64,000 bases of DNA from Phoronis australis (taxonomy: Eukaryota > Animalia > Phoronida). The notes beneath the pieces are model-generated. The model saw nothing but the letters and a program-made list of their open reading frames with translations, was not told the DNA's origin and did no database searches. The stretch covers positions 1,480,357 to 1,544,356 of the forward strand of contig NMRA01000012.1 in the NCBI GenBank assembly GCA_002633005.1. The letters run 5' to 3'. Made by a program: the position numbers and the translations under genes. Below, one piece after another: positions 26,598 through 37,115 of the stretch; position 1 is the first letter of the stretch; the number at the start of each line of letters is the position of its first letter.

Positions 26598-29500
26598 ATG
26601 GCTAGTGCGAAGAAAGCAAAAGTGGATCGAGTCACCTTCAAATTGTTAATGCACTTATTTTACCAAAAATGGCTTGAATGACATCTGGTTAGGCTATTTT
26701 TGGGGGCTGACCAAAGAATGTATATGAATGGTAGCGTTTTAGACTACTGGCAATCAGAAACTTTCCTATTCTATTATGGTGGTCACATAAAAGGAAAACG
26801 AAAATTACCGCAAAATCTGGTAGGCAAGTGAACCGAGCATGCGCACTCCACTGAATTAAAATCCGGAAATTCATTCACTGAAGAAAGCGCACTCTAACAA
26901 TCAATGACGGTAGTAACAAGAATTTCCGAGCATAGTGATGTGTGACACGTGACAAATGGCGCCCTTTTACGTATAAGCATTAGGCGAGCTTTCGTCCGAT
27001 ATAATCGTGGGCAGTGCACCACAGGGGGATGGGGTGGAGCTATAGCCCCCACTTTTTCCAGTGCTGAGTCGCCCATGATAATAGGTACAAAAAATGGATA
27101 CTTGATGCAGTCAGCCCTGCCTGACTACTGTGTAATATTTGAATCCAATTTCTACAGGGCGCACTGAACATCTAGCTACTGGATTTGAAGGAACGAGCGC
27201 AAACCCCTCTTTGATTGCATTAGCGTTTTACGACGGGCTTTGGGCATATGACGGTTGGAACAACCTGAACTACGTCACGGAGGAATTAAAGAATCCTGTT
27301 AAGTAAGTAAGGACAGAAATATAGCTGAGCGTGTGTGAAAATGTGTAGACCAGTTCCTAACACAGGCTGGAGTCTCCGATCTATTCTGGCCCATGAATGG
27401 CCATAAGATGACGACCAACGAAGGCTCATCCTCTCATCAAGGATACAGGTAAGTTTAATAATTTGTGTAATATGCCAGCCCGGTAGTGGCAACATCTTTA
27501 TAAGGTGACATCCCGTTTATACTGCGTTGGTGTTAGTTCGTAGTAAATGCTCTGATACAAACCATATCTTACGGACTGTACTTTTGTCTTTGTCTTCTAC
27601 GGCTTAAATGTATATTTTTGCCGAATTAAATTCTATAGTTTTGCTGATATTTGGCTAAATGTACAAGCTTGTCGATAAGTTCTTACATAACCTTAGAGCT
27701 ATTTTTTTCATTGTGAACTCGAAATCTCGCGTTTTTTCACTACAACTCTCGAGTTTTTACTTAAATTCCAGCTTGAAACTAAAGATCATCAAGTGCAAAC
27801 TTGGACTAGCTGTATAAACCAGACTATACTCAAGCACACAGAAATAGATCTTAATCCCGCGTTTGTAGCAAAGTAGTACGGAAAACGACCTTAATAGTTT
27901 CGAGCTCGAGTTTGAGTTCACTGAAAGATTGGATCCCGGGCCCGGAACACGTTACGCACTTAATGCGTGCATGAATAGTATTTAGGACTACTCTGAAGCT
28001 TGTTGATGTGCGTTTAGACGATCTTTAGTGCAAAAAACTGGGACCTCCTTCACAAAATTGTTCTGGCCAGGGTACCCATGGGGTAAATCAAGCACTGGCA
28101 GTTGGAAAATGCTTTCAGAATTTGTCCCTTTTCTTGTTTTTGTCTTATCTTTGTCCTCCCGAATGCCCCCGACCGTTAGCCTATGCCGATTGTCACAGGT
28201 TCACTCTGATGTCTGCAAATTGTTGGAGGGTGTGTGCCCCCCGCTTCATACGGCCCTGGGCGTTGGTTCTAAAGTATATATTTCACATGTTCTGTTTATT
28301 TTTGGAAGAATTTTATTGCTTGGTCTGCATTTATAAACAAACATCTGTTTGGGTACGAGACATTTCTTTGACTAGGATAAGTCTCTTCAGTGTCTGCCTG
28401 TTTCAGGAATCTGCCGCGGGCCATCATCATTGGTATTCCACTCGTGACGATCCTCTACCTTTTGACCAACATATCATATTTTACTGTAATGTCTGCTCCG
28501 GAACTGCTGGCCTCCAGCGCTGTTGGCGTCGTGAGTAAAAGTCCAACTTTGAGCGCAGTTGTAAGAGAATCGCTGGAAGTACCGTACGTCCGAGACTTTC
28601 CTTATCCTAATGACACAGTAGTCAGCCGCAGGATTTGAAATTAATTATAATGTATGCATAACTTTTTCTCATGAAGTGGCCTCAGTTACAGAATATTGGT
28701 CAGTGGCGGATTTGGGGGGGGGGAGAAGGGGGCCATGCCCCCCACACTCTTCCAGATTCCATTTGGTAATTCGGGGGTGCGAATGTCTGACGGGCAAAAT
28801 CCTGGCTAATACTCTGCTCTGGCCCCCCCATAACTAAAAATCCTGAATCCGCCCCTGGTGGTAACTTAATAAGCATGCAAATTCCACTGGAACTATTGCT
28901 AATACGAAAACCCTAATGTCATTTCCTAGAAAAGCGCTTTCCATGACTACATTCAATAGTATTTTGTAGACGTGGGGCGAGCAAGTTATTGGAGGAGCGG
29001 CCATCATAATACCCATAGCAGTGGCCCTTTCTACGTTTGGTGCAGCCAATGGGACTGCATTTTCCGGCGGTCGTTTGCTCTTCGTATCTGCACGTGAAGG
29101 TCACATGATGAGTGTGTTGTCCATGGTTCACGCTAAACGACTAACTCCGATGCCTTCACTTGTCTTCACAGTAAGTCACTCGAAGAGGTCTTACAGCAAA
29201 AAACTATTCTAGTGGCTCATGCGTTTTGAATAAAAATAGGTACGAATTTTTAAAATTTCTAACTTCAATGTTCAAAATCAATATTTAGAAATCTTTTTCA
29301 GGATACTCGAAATTGTAGTTTTGCTTCGAGTTTTATTCGGGTTATCAGGGGCGCCTTCAATAAGCCTACAGTTTCGAGAGACACTTGAAGTGAGAAATCT
29401 TGGCATTGGAATAATGATTATTTTGTTGTTGTTTTTTTTGTCATAATCCAACATTCCGTCTTAGTCGTCCAATCACTATCTGTGGCAGCCGCTGTGCCAG

Positions 29501-32500
29501 GGTAGCTCATGTACGTTAGTAAGGTCACAAGCTAAGTCGTCAAACGCAGCGAGTGTGCTTGGGGAGTTTGCACGTAATCTCATAAACGCATGGGCGCCAC
29601 AGACAGCGATTTGACGGCTAAGCCGGAATGCTGGATTATGGGAGATTTTACACATCTAGTTACTGGACATGAAATTTTAAGAATACAGAGACGTGCAACA
29701 CCATAGGTTACGTAGTGATTTAGGCAGCTGGGACAAAATTGTAGTGAAACGGAATCATGGAGCAGTTGAGTATGCATACTTAAAGCTGTAATAAGTTTTG
29801 TAAATTTGAATATCTGCACGCACCAGGAGACCTAGGATGAAATGTAGGCACTTGTAACTAATGGGGCACATGTCTCATCACCGCCAGTTCAAATTGCGGG
29901 AGAGGTGTGTTAGCGGTTCCAATTTCTTGGTGACTCTCTTCTGCCATTGTTGAAACCATTCACAAAGTAGATGCTGTCATTTCGGAAGATCGTCGTTTAA
30001 CTTACTCAAGACCTAAAGATTATTGTACGGGCAATTTAAGATCGATGTCTTTATGGTGAATTTACAGGCTCCTTACAACTTCCCATGGCAAACAGGAATG
30101 AGACAATTGTCCCAAGGTTCCGTATGCCGAGAGAACCAACTATTGGCTTTGACAGATTAGTTATTGTCTAAAACATGGTCCTTCAATGTGATCCAGAGAG
30201 TGCAGTCAAATCAATGGAAGCAGTTTAAATAACCATCCCCAAAACTGAGCTGTACTCTCCTGGATCCACTGTGTCCATGTAACAGAAATTTCAGTAGAAG
30301 TTATAGTCTGTAAATTGCTCCATAACCTATGGAGACGCACATCTTTGTGCTGGTGAAACTTTATCTTTCTGCACTACCCAGTAGGGGATTACAAAATATC
30401 CTTATCGAACGCTGCATGTCAACTGTTGGTTCGCTAGCACCAGAATTTCTGAAAGCACGCTTGCCTGCAAAAGCTCCTTGAATTTCTCAATTATCCATTA
30501 CTGTTTTCCAGGGTATAATAGCAATCATTATGATCATTCCGGGAGACATCTTTACGCTGATCGACTTCTTCAGTTTCACCGCTTGGTTGTTCTACGGCGC
30601 CACTATGCTTTCCTTGATCGTAATGAGGTTTACGAAGAAAGACGTCCCCAGGCCCTATAAGGTGACCAGTCTAATATGTGATATTATGCAGCTTCGTCCC
30701 CAAGCCTCAAGATGGCGCTGATCGGTTTAGCCACTTAGGCTTGATGAAGAAATACGTCCCTTCTGCGCGCTGATTGGCCGTAGACGACGTTCACCGCTCA
30801 CAAGAGCTACTCAAGAAACCTTCAAACATTTAAATCTCTGAATACCTAAATACCAGTTCTTGAAAATTCTTGTCCTTGATTATTTTTCCAAAAATTAAAC
30901 AAGATCTAAACACAGAATATAACTATTTTCACTGCCGTTGTTGTTGCTACCATTGGTGATTCGGAAGCATAAGACACTGTTTTCTAACGTAGAAAATAAA
31001 TCCGAAACTACAAAGGGCGATCCAGATCCTCTAAAGGATACACTTGCGTGTTGAAAAGTAGAATACATATACGTAAATAAAACAACAAAAATGGATGCAT
31101 TTTTGTTGTTTTATTTACGTGTACACTGTTTTCGTTATGTTTGAACTAAAAGGTGCTCGCGTAGGCCTACTTATTGTCAATTCTGATTTTTTGAAAGCAC
31201 CATAGAATTTATCCTGTCTTGAATTCAAATAAATCAATTTTCAATGATCTAACTCTAAGTTGCTGCATAAATACCGCTCAATTTGATAATTTGTGTTATA
31301 ACACAGCAATTTTCAGACGTGATGCAACATAATATCATTCGTGATTTTCCGTCGATTTCTGTAAGAATGTGTCAGAATTCTTACAAGTGAATCTCCCCTC
31401 ACCTTTCAGCGCCAGCTTGAGGGTTGCGGAAGACGCTAGGCATTATGATGACATAAACAAACGGATGACTTTTGTATTATTCTAGAAAGAATTCAAAAAC
31501 TTTCTAACTTCGAAACATTATATCTCAGAAATCGCTCACCGGATTCAAATAAAACCTTCAGATTCTATGCTTTACGCTCTGTTCTCCAATACGCTTGCGG
31601 TTGCGAAATGTTTTTACATTGACTCACTTTTGCATGAGGATTATCAAAAATAGGAGTTATGTTAAAAATTTAGGAAACCGTTACTGATTTTTGAGAGTTC
31701 ATCTTGCACATTTATATCAAAGAAACTTGATCACGTGATTGTTGCGTTTGGGTTGATAAGGACGCACCTTTTTTTGTTGAATTTTACTAAAAATACGTGA
31801 TCTCGTAACCCAATCATTGACAGATGGGTATAGAGGGAAGAGTAAATTTCTACAGACTTTCTTCTTTGAGAAAATGTTAACAGACTTGTCCAAAGGTCCT
31901 ACATAACCTTAAACACCTCGCCAACTGCATAAAATTTCTGTTCAAACAAATCGAACTTTAGAAGATTAACAGTTTTGTCACATGTAATTGGGCGAGCCGA
32001 CTTGCTCTAAACTTTATACAAGACTCTTAAAAATGACCTAACTTGCCAAACGAAATAATAATTTTCCTTCGTGCAAAAGTTTACAAAAAGACATAGTCAC
32101 GTGACCTAATTAACAACAGAATGGTATAAAGTCACACCTGACATTGTACCAGCTTTTTACTGTGTGAAAATATATAATTTTACTGAGATAAATCTATAGT
32201 TTTTCAGACATTTGGGTAAATACACAGACTAACAACTCTATGCAATAGTTGGTGAAGTAATCTGTCAAACCAAAGTAGAACATGACAGAACATTCATACA
32301 GAAGAACTGAAAGATTTGTATTTAGAAACGTGATGCAATACAAGCATACAGTATAAGTATTTGTGACGTTACATGGGTTGTGATGCTTGTTCAGCTAATT
32401 GACATTGTCTTTTGCAGGTGCCGATCATCATCCCCATAATCATCCTACTCGCCTCAATATACCTGGTGGTCGCGCCTATCATTCAGAATCCTGCTATAGA

Positions 32501-33342
32501 GTTTTTATATGCCTTCTTGTTCATTATCGGTGGACTTCTCGTTTACGTTCCCTTTGTGCACTTCAAAATATCTCCCCGTTTTATGGGTAAGTCTGTAATG
32601 GAAAATGTCTGCGTAAACCTGGGGTGGGTACAGTAGACCCAAAACACTCGCGAAACACTTGAGGTTAGAAATCGTTGCTGGAAATAAAGCAGTAAAGTCT
32701 GTGCAACATTCCTACCTAACCGACCAATCACATTTTGCTTAAGTACTTGTAAGGCCGCGGGGATACTTGAGAAACTCACCTTTCACTCGTGCGATATCGC
32801 GAGGTCTTGTTTTTTTCTCGAGATTATCGTGTCTACTGAACACATCTTGGATCTTTCCCTTCTGGAATCCTAAAGTAGGGCGCCATGGACGTTGTTATTA
32901 TAGAAGTCCTCATGGGCGGCGCACCATAGGGGGCTGGAGTGCTGTAGCTCCCCACTTTTTCAGTGCTGCGCCGCCCATGGTCCTGAGTAAGACCAACTCA
33001 TGACGACATACGAAAACATATTACTGAAGGCTGGCAGTCTTCCAATGGGACTGGCTGCTTTTGTTTGGCTTCCTGGGGGCGTGCTCTTGGAAACTGAGTA
33101 AAAGTGCACTGGGATAACTAAATACCTGAAACAAAAGTGGATTGATGGCGCTTTTGTACATTTGAAATGAAGGACCTATGAAATTAAACCGATATGTTTC
33201 AATCACATTTATCGTATGAGAACTAATCAATGTTTATAATGAACACTGATGTCAATGACCTAATTTTGTTGTAGATTACATCACAATGTTTTTTCAACTC
33301 CTGTTCGAAGTCGTACCAACCGAGACGATGCCAGAGGATTAA
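5416..33342 (+). CDS. SLC7A9: Gene B: complete SLC7/LAT light-chain amino acid transporter, b(0,+)AT (SLC7A9)-like, 505 aa. Exons 5416-5440, 11338-11502, 14204-14305, [18809-19051 or 22850-23092], 23777-23902, 27158-27302, 28407-28530, 28970-29170, 30512-30661, 32418-32586, 33275-33342
   Basis: All exons GT-AG bounded with consistent phases, summing to 1518 nt with one exon 4. Motifs [63 protein letters not shown]. The TM6 W-A-Y-D-G-W signature is b(0,+)AT-type; exact orthology is untested. Confidence 0.9.
7473..8533. mobile_element. Non-autonomous TIR DNA transposon (AGGGCCGTCCCGGATT-type termini, AT/TA 2-bp flank)
   Basis: atagggtcgtctcggatt ... aatctgggacggccctat inverted ends; empty site (ggaattgttt) in gene C intron 1 near 39184; second copy at 9992. 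Confidence 0.7.
8295..8377. repeat. Perfect 41-bp tandem duplication
   Basis: attcaaaaatcaagtgaagaccgaccgttcgaagccttcac twice. Confidence 0.9.
9992..10380. mobile_element. Internally deleted copy of the 7473-8533 element
   Basis: Aligns to 7473-7790 and to 8480-8530. Confidence 0.65.
10652..10797. mobile_element. Short MITE
   Basis: ttcagtaacgctaggacct (10661) / aggtcctagcgttactgaa (10770-10788) inverted repeat. Confidence 0.6.
11338..11502 (+). CDS. Gene B exon 2 (N-tail, start of TM1)
   Basis: tag|GA..ATA G|gtataa; [22 protein letters not shown]. Confidence 0.9.
11663..11907. mobile_element. hAT-type MITE
   Basis: TIR cagtagcgtgcaga/tctgcacgctactg; 8-bp TSD cttacgct/cttacgtt. Confidence 0.8.
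12172..14002 (+). mobile_element. 5'-truncated, degraded L1/Tx1-clade LINE (RT + C-terminal zinc-binding region)
   Basis: [38 protein letters not shown] motifs broken by stops and frameshifts; A-rich tail; imperfect TSD acttctaagct/acatctaagct. Confidence 0.9.
14204..14305 (+). CDS. Gene B exon 3 (TM1b-TM2)
   Basis: ttttag|GA TCT..TTA G|gtaac; [12 protein letters not shown]. Confidence 0.92.
14977..18100 (+). mobile_element. Kolobok-like DNA transposon (outer), degenerate THAP domain at about 15242-15560
   Basis: TTAA TSD both sides, AGGAGA..TCTCCT termini, long imperfect TIR; [15 protein letters not shown] remnant; empty site in gene C at about 49545. Confidence 0.8.
16184..17805 (-). mobile_element. 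Kolobok-like DNA transposon (inner, nested), degenerate THAP domain at about 17420-17640
   Basis: TTAA TSD, TIR aggagaatgcca/tggcattctcct; minus-strand [23 protein letters not shown]. Confidence 0.8.
18809..19051 (+). CDS. Gene B exon 4a (candidate mutually exclusive; TM2 end-TM3-TM4 start)
   Basis: ctgcag|GC..ATT T|gtgagt, 243 nt, phase 1-1; CYAELG..VIRPSS..FDACGPP. Confidence 0.9.
19280..19723. mobile_element. Kolobok-type MITE (GGTTATGTAG termini)
   Basis: ttaa|ggttatgtag..ctacataacc|ttaa; orthologous copy in gene C about 52744-53430; related ends near 8790-9105, 31910, 40071. Confidence 0.75.
22850..23092 (+). CDS. Gene B exon 4b (candidate mutually exclusive duplicate of 4a)
   Basis: attcag|GA..ATA C|gtaagt, 243 nt, phase 1-1, open frame; CYAELG..VITPSS..FDDCGPS. 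Confidence 0.85.
23777..23902 (+). CDS. Gene B exon 5 (TM4-TM5)
   Basis: ttccag|TG..CAA G|gtatg; INSYSVK..QV..AKL. Confidence 0.9.
25791..26557. other. Assembly gap (N run)
   Basis: Run of n. Confidence 0.99.
26558..26592. repeat. (CA)n microsatellite abutting the gap
   Basis: Direct observation. Confidence 0.95.
27006..27077. mobile_element. About 70-bp mini-MITE (CATGGGCG.. termini, 5-bp TSD ataat)
   Basis: Inverted ends, TSD, homologous to 32911 and 55088. Confidence 0.7.
27158..27302 (+). CDS. Gene B exon 6 (TM6)
   Basis: tacag|GG..GTT AA|gtaagt; [24 protein letters not shown]. Confidence 0.93.
28407..28530 (+). CDS. Gene B exon 7 (TM7)
   Basis: tttcag|G AAT CTG CCG..GTC|gtgagt; [13 protein letters not shown]. 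Confidence 0.92.
28701..28857. mobile_element. MITE with CAGTGGCGGAT/ATCCGCCCCTG termini
   Basis: Inverted ends; ttggt/gtggt flanks; absent from gene C intron 7. Confidence 0.7.
28970..29170 (+). CDS. Gene B exon 8 (TM8-TM9 start)
   Basis: ttgtag|ACG..ACA|gtaagt; [20 protein letters not shown]. Confidence 0.92.
30512..30661 (+). CDS. Gene B exon 9 (TM9-TM10)
   Basis: ttccag|GGT..AAG|gtgacc; [17 protein letters not shown]. Confidence 0.9.
32418..32586 (+). CDS. Gene B exon 10 (TM11-TM12)
   Basis: ttgcag|GTG..ATG G|gtaagt, 169 nt. Confidence 0.92.
32911..32979. mobile_element. 69-bp mini-MITE (5-bp TSD gtcct)
   Basis: catgggcggcgca..tgcgccgcccatg perfect TIR, gtcct on both flanks. Confidence 0.75.
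33275..33342 (+). CDS. Gene B terminal exon ([22 protein letters not shown])
   Basis: ttgtag|AT.., TAA stop, homologous to gene A terminal exon. Confidence 0.88.
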
Positions 33343-36300
33343 TTGATGATTTCAACCGTTTTGTGTTCCTTGTACGAACTATTCGTTTACACCTAGAAAA
33401 ACAAATTGTTCATTTATTGCAACGAATCACTGAAAGATAAGAGGAGTTTCCACTTTTAGTCGAGTTATTGAAAAATTAGAAATCTCTGTAAATTGTTCTT
33501 GAATATGCTGTATTAAAGATGTGTAGGTTTACTAATCTAAATATTTTATGACTCAGCGAATTTAGGAAATAACGAGATGTTGAGGTTCAACCTGAAGAGG
33601 CCTTTTTAAGGAATGTTTACATGTAGATATAGATATTACACTTATATACTATTTGTAAAATGTTATAGTTATAGAAATTATTATCATATTATACTCAGGA
33701 GTGAAATTTTGTCAAGGATTTCGGCGATGCATTTGAGAAAATGTCGAGTTATTTACGCGGAGGTGCAACAGAAATATATAACTATTACATAATGCTTGTT
33801 TCGTACACATTCGTTATTTGATTTAAAATTGTTGAACAAGACACACTTTGATAACATTACCTTCTAAAACCACGGGAATCACTGCATCAACACAAGGATT
33901 ATTATTTTAAGTAACATTTAGACACAAAACCCAACTGTCACAGTTTGAGATTAGAGCATGTGTTACTAATGCAGAGGTGTCCATTTTTGCGATTTCGGTT
34001 TGGCATACAGGCGATCGTTCTATAAATCATAATTTGGACTCTAACCCTTTCTAGTGTACTACTGTCCTTCGAAACCCGAGCTGTAAACATGAAGATGTGC
34101 CATGCATCAAACTTTAACATTTAAGAGTCAATTTTTATCTAACTCACCGGCCAATCATTTAGTTTGTTTAATTTATACTTTGCTGTGAAAGGTCATATGT
34201 ATGTAAGTTAACTGAATAGAAGTGAGCACTTTGTCGATCAGTAATTGATTTTTCAAGTACGTGTATGTAATTGTTATGCTAAATGTACCCTACAGGTTCA
34301 AAGTCAGTATTTTTACTTTTTTAAAAATCTTAGGTATAATTGATCAGGGATTGTGCGTGTGATTTTTTATATTTTCAAAATGAAATGTAATGTAGTGGTC
34401 TGGCGTTATTTATCCCTAGTCATAACCTCAGAATCACTATTTGTGAAAATTAAAAATGAAGGTAGGCGCTCCAGAAGGACACGTGGTAAGTTACTGCATG
34501 TTCTTTCGTTAGCAGTCATTATACTAAGTTACCATCGATGAGACTTGACATAGCCCTGCAGTCAACGTTTACGAGCAGACATTTTGGCAGCATTCAAGAT
34601 ATCTAAAATAGCTGAAAGGGGTCTCTAGCAAACAATGCATTGAGTGGTGCATATTCAAAATCCAGACCAACACCTGGACACGGTTATAAGGGGTATCCGA
34701 GGCAGTACCAAATGACGAAAACTCCTAGCCGAAACCAAATTACTTTCGTCGACTCTTCTTGCCACCACTTGTGTTACTTAGCGAAATTTACGCAAAGTCA
34801 ATGTATCCGAGCAACTGAATACATATACCCGCCTATACGTTACCTGAAAGTGCAAAATATACAGCACCTGAATTAGCAGCATGTCTCTACCAACCTTTTG
34901 CATGGAAGAGTATCCTCAGGATGGGATTCGCATTTTTTTTCTACTCAAGGACCGGATCCCGAGTTGTTTATATAATATAGATATGACTCTGACATTGAAA
35001 CAAAGCATCGGGTGGCGAGTCTTGGGGAATAGAACACTTGACAAATCACTAAAATCATATCTTTTACTCGATGAAACTGCATCTTGAAAATTACCATGTG
35101 ACCTTAGGAGGCACTGTACACCTCTCACTGAGTTTTGCCTGATCTTCCACTCTGTCGAAAAGTCCATTCATAAACAAACTGAAAAGTTTTGAGTCATTTC
35201 ACCTTGAAAGCGATACGTACACCCACAGAAACGTTTATGCTGTCCCGTATTTTATCCCTTTCAATTTAACAAAAAAAAGGAAGCGAGGCTGCAAAAGGGA
35301 GATGGTAAAATCTCAAAACCACTACTTCCCTGCCAATTCTTAACACGATCAACATTAGAATCGTAAAGCAAATGTTTACTTGTACACATTTCAGAACATG
35401 AATTGTAAAAATTTGCGTTATGATTCTTTTTTTTAGCAATAAGCGCATTTACAATAACACAAAAAGACAGACCAACACAGACACGCACACACACACTCAT
35501 ACCCCACACCTAATCCTCTTGACTAGTAAGAAAAACAGTTTCAAAATTACACTATCTTTTTGTACAAATTCTGAATTCAAATCCTTACGAGCACTATACT
35601 TTTCACTCATGTAATATTGTTCAATGAAGTTAAAAAATCTACTTAGAAGTAATCTTTTTTATCCGACATTTAGGGTATAAATAAACGGTTTACCCAATAA
35701 TAATACAATGTTTTTAAAATTTTCCTTTTTATCAAAAAGACAAAAATAACATTGTTGCAGGAGAGAGAGAGAGAGTGCTAAAACACAGGGGATTTGCTTT
35801 GTTTAAAACTTCGTTATTAACTTTTGCCCAAAATGAATTTACTATTTCACATTCCCAAAATAAGTGTTTCAAAGTCTCTTTCGATTGTCGTCATCCGTGT
35901 CAAAATTCTCGTCAAGAGTCTGAAGTGAAGCCATCTATATCTAGGGTCTCTTGTGTTATATATATGAAAAATTATTTGTACTTACGTTCAATTCTTCGGC
36001 CTATTTTGACTCCGCTTTAAATTGAGACTTCGGAACTATAATTTAATTGTGTATAAATATGCTGACACCCTCTCCCACCACTTTTCAGTTTCATTAAAAC
36101 CTTTGGCATAACAAGACAATACGCATCCAAACTAAAAACTCTATCAATACTACATTTCTGTTGGTACTAGTAAATATCACTGAAATTAAGACCATTACAC
36201 TCCATAAAGTTCGTTTTGTTACCTAAAACACCCACAATAAATCTATAGTTTGAAATATTACCGTTTGGGGAAAACAAGTCCTTTATAAAGGCTTATGCCT

Positions 36301-36684
36301 CCATGGCACCAATTCCTGTAGAAAATACTTTTTGCCGCCCCGGCCTGCAGGTTACTGCTAAACGATAAAGGTTGGTTAAGAAAATCTATTTGATTTTTGT
36401 TTTTTTCTTTACGAGTCTGTGGTCCAATAGTGCTGCCATCCCGATTAGATTTTTACAATTCTGGGCTGTTTGAGTGGTACTGAAATCACAGAAGGTTCCT
36501 TGGTCGCTGAGCACCAATGCAATAATTCTGCAAGCTCCGCCAATGCCGAACTAATGGTTTTTTGTTTTCATTTACAAAAACTCAAATAAGGCAGATTCAT
36601 TGTGCTTACTTGTAACGCGCACCTCAAAACTGTCACCAAACTTAGCCTACCAAAAACATTAATTTATAGGCGGTACAAAATCAC

Positions 36685-36863
36685 GGGTGAGAAACAACAT
36701 GACCACCGGTCCTCTAAATCGGACCGACTCACCCAAAACAGGATCGCCGGGCATCAAATGAGACTACCGCACCATAAAATGGGACTGACGCACCTAAAAA
36801 CATGACCTGTTTTGGGTGAGTCGGTCCGATTTAGAGGACCGGTGGTAATGTTGTTTCTCACCC
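36685..36863. mobile_element. Hairpin MITE with about 57-bp near-perfect TIR upstream of gene C
   Basis: gggtgagaaacaacat..acccaaaacagg / cctgttttgggt..atgttgtttctcaccc; absent at the gene B equivalent (about 5170). Confidence 0.8.
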
Positions 36864-37090
36864 TTGAATATCGGCTGCGGCTAATCAAACTGTACATGCC
36901 ACCTCAACAGGGTTAAATTGAACTTTGGTTCGACGTGGAGAAATTTGCACCTTTATTAGAGGAGTATTTATCAGTTGAGAACCCGTTGCATAATTATGAG
37001 GTCATTAAGAAACAGACGAAGCAATGTAATCAGGTTGGCGCGTCTTTCTCTCTGCATGTTTTATCTGGGCGTTGAGTAAACAGGTCTAGA

Positions 37091-37115
37091 ATGGACAGCA
37101 AGGTTCACGAAAAAG
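37091..37115 (+). CDS. Gene C exon 1 coding part (MDSKVHEK+G)
   Basis: ATG..AAA G|gtacg, homologous to 5416-5440. Confidence 0.72.

Noticed and set aside
25703-26641. Long ORFs of 278-312 aa
   Set aside because: Artefacts of the N gap and (CA)n repeat
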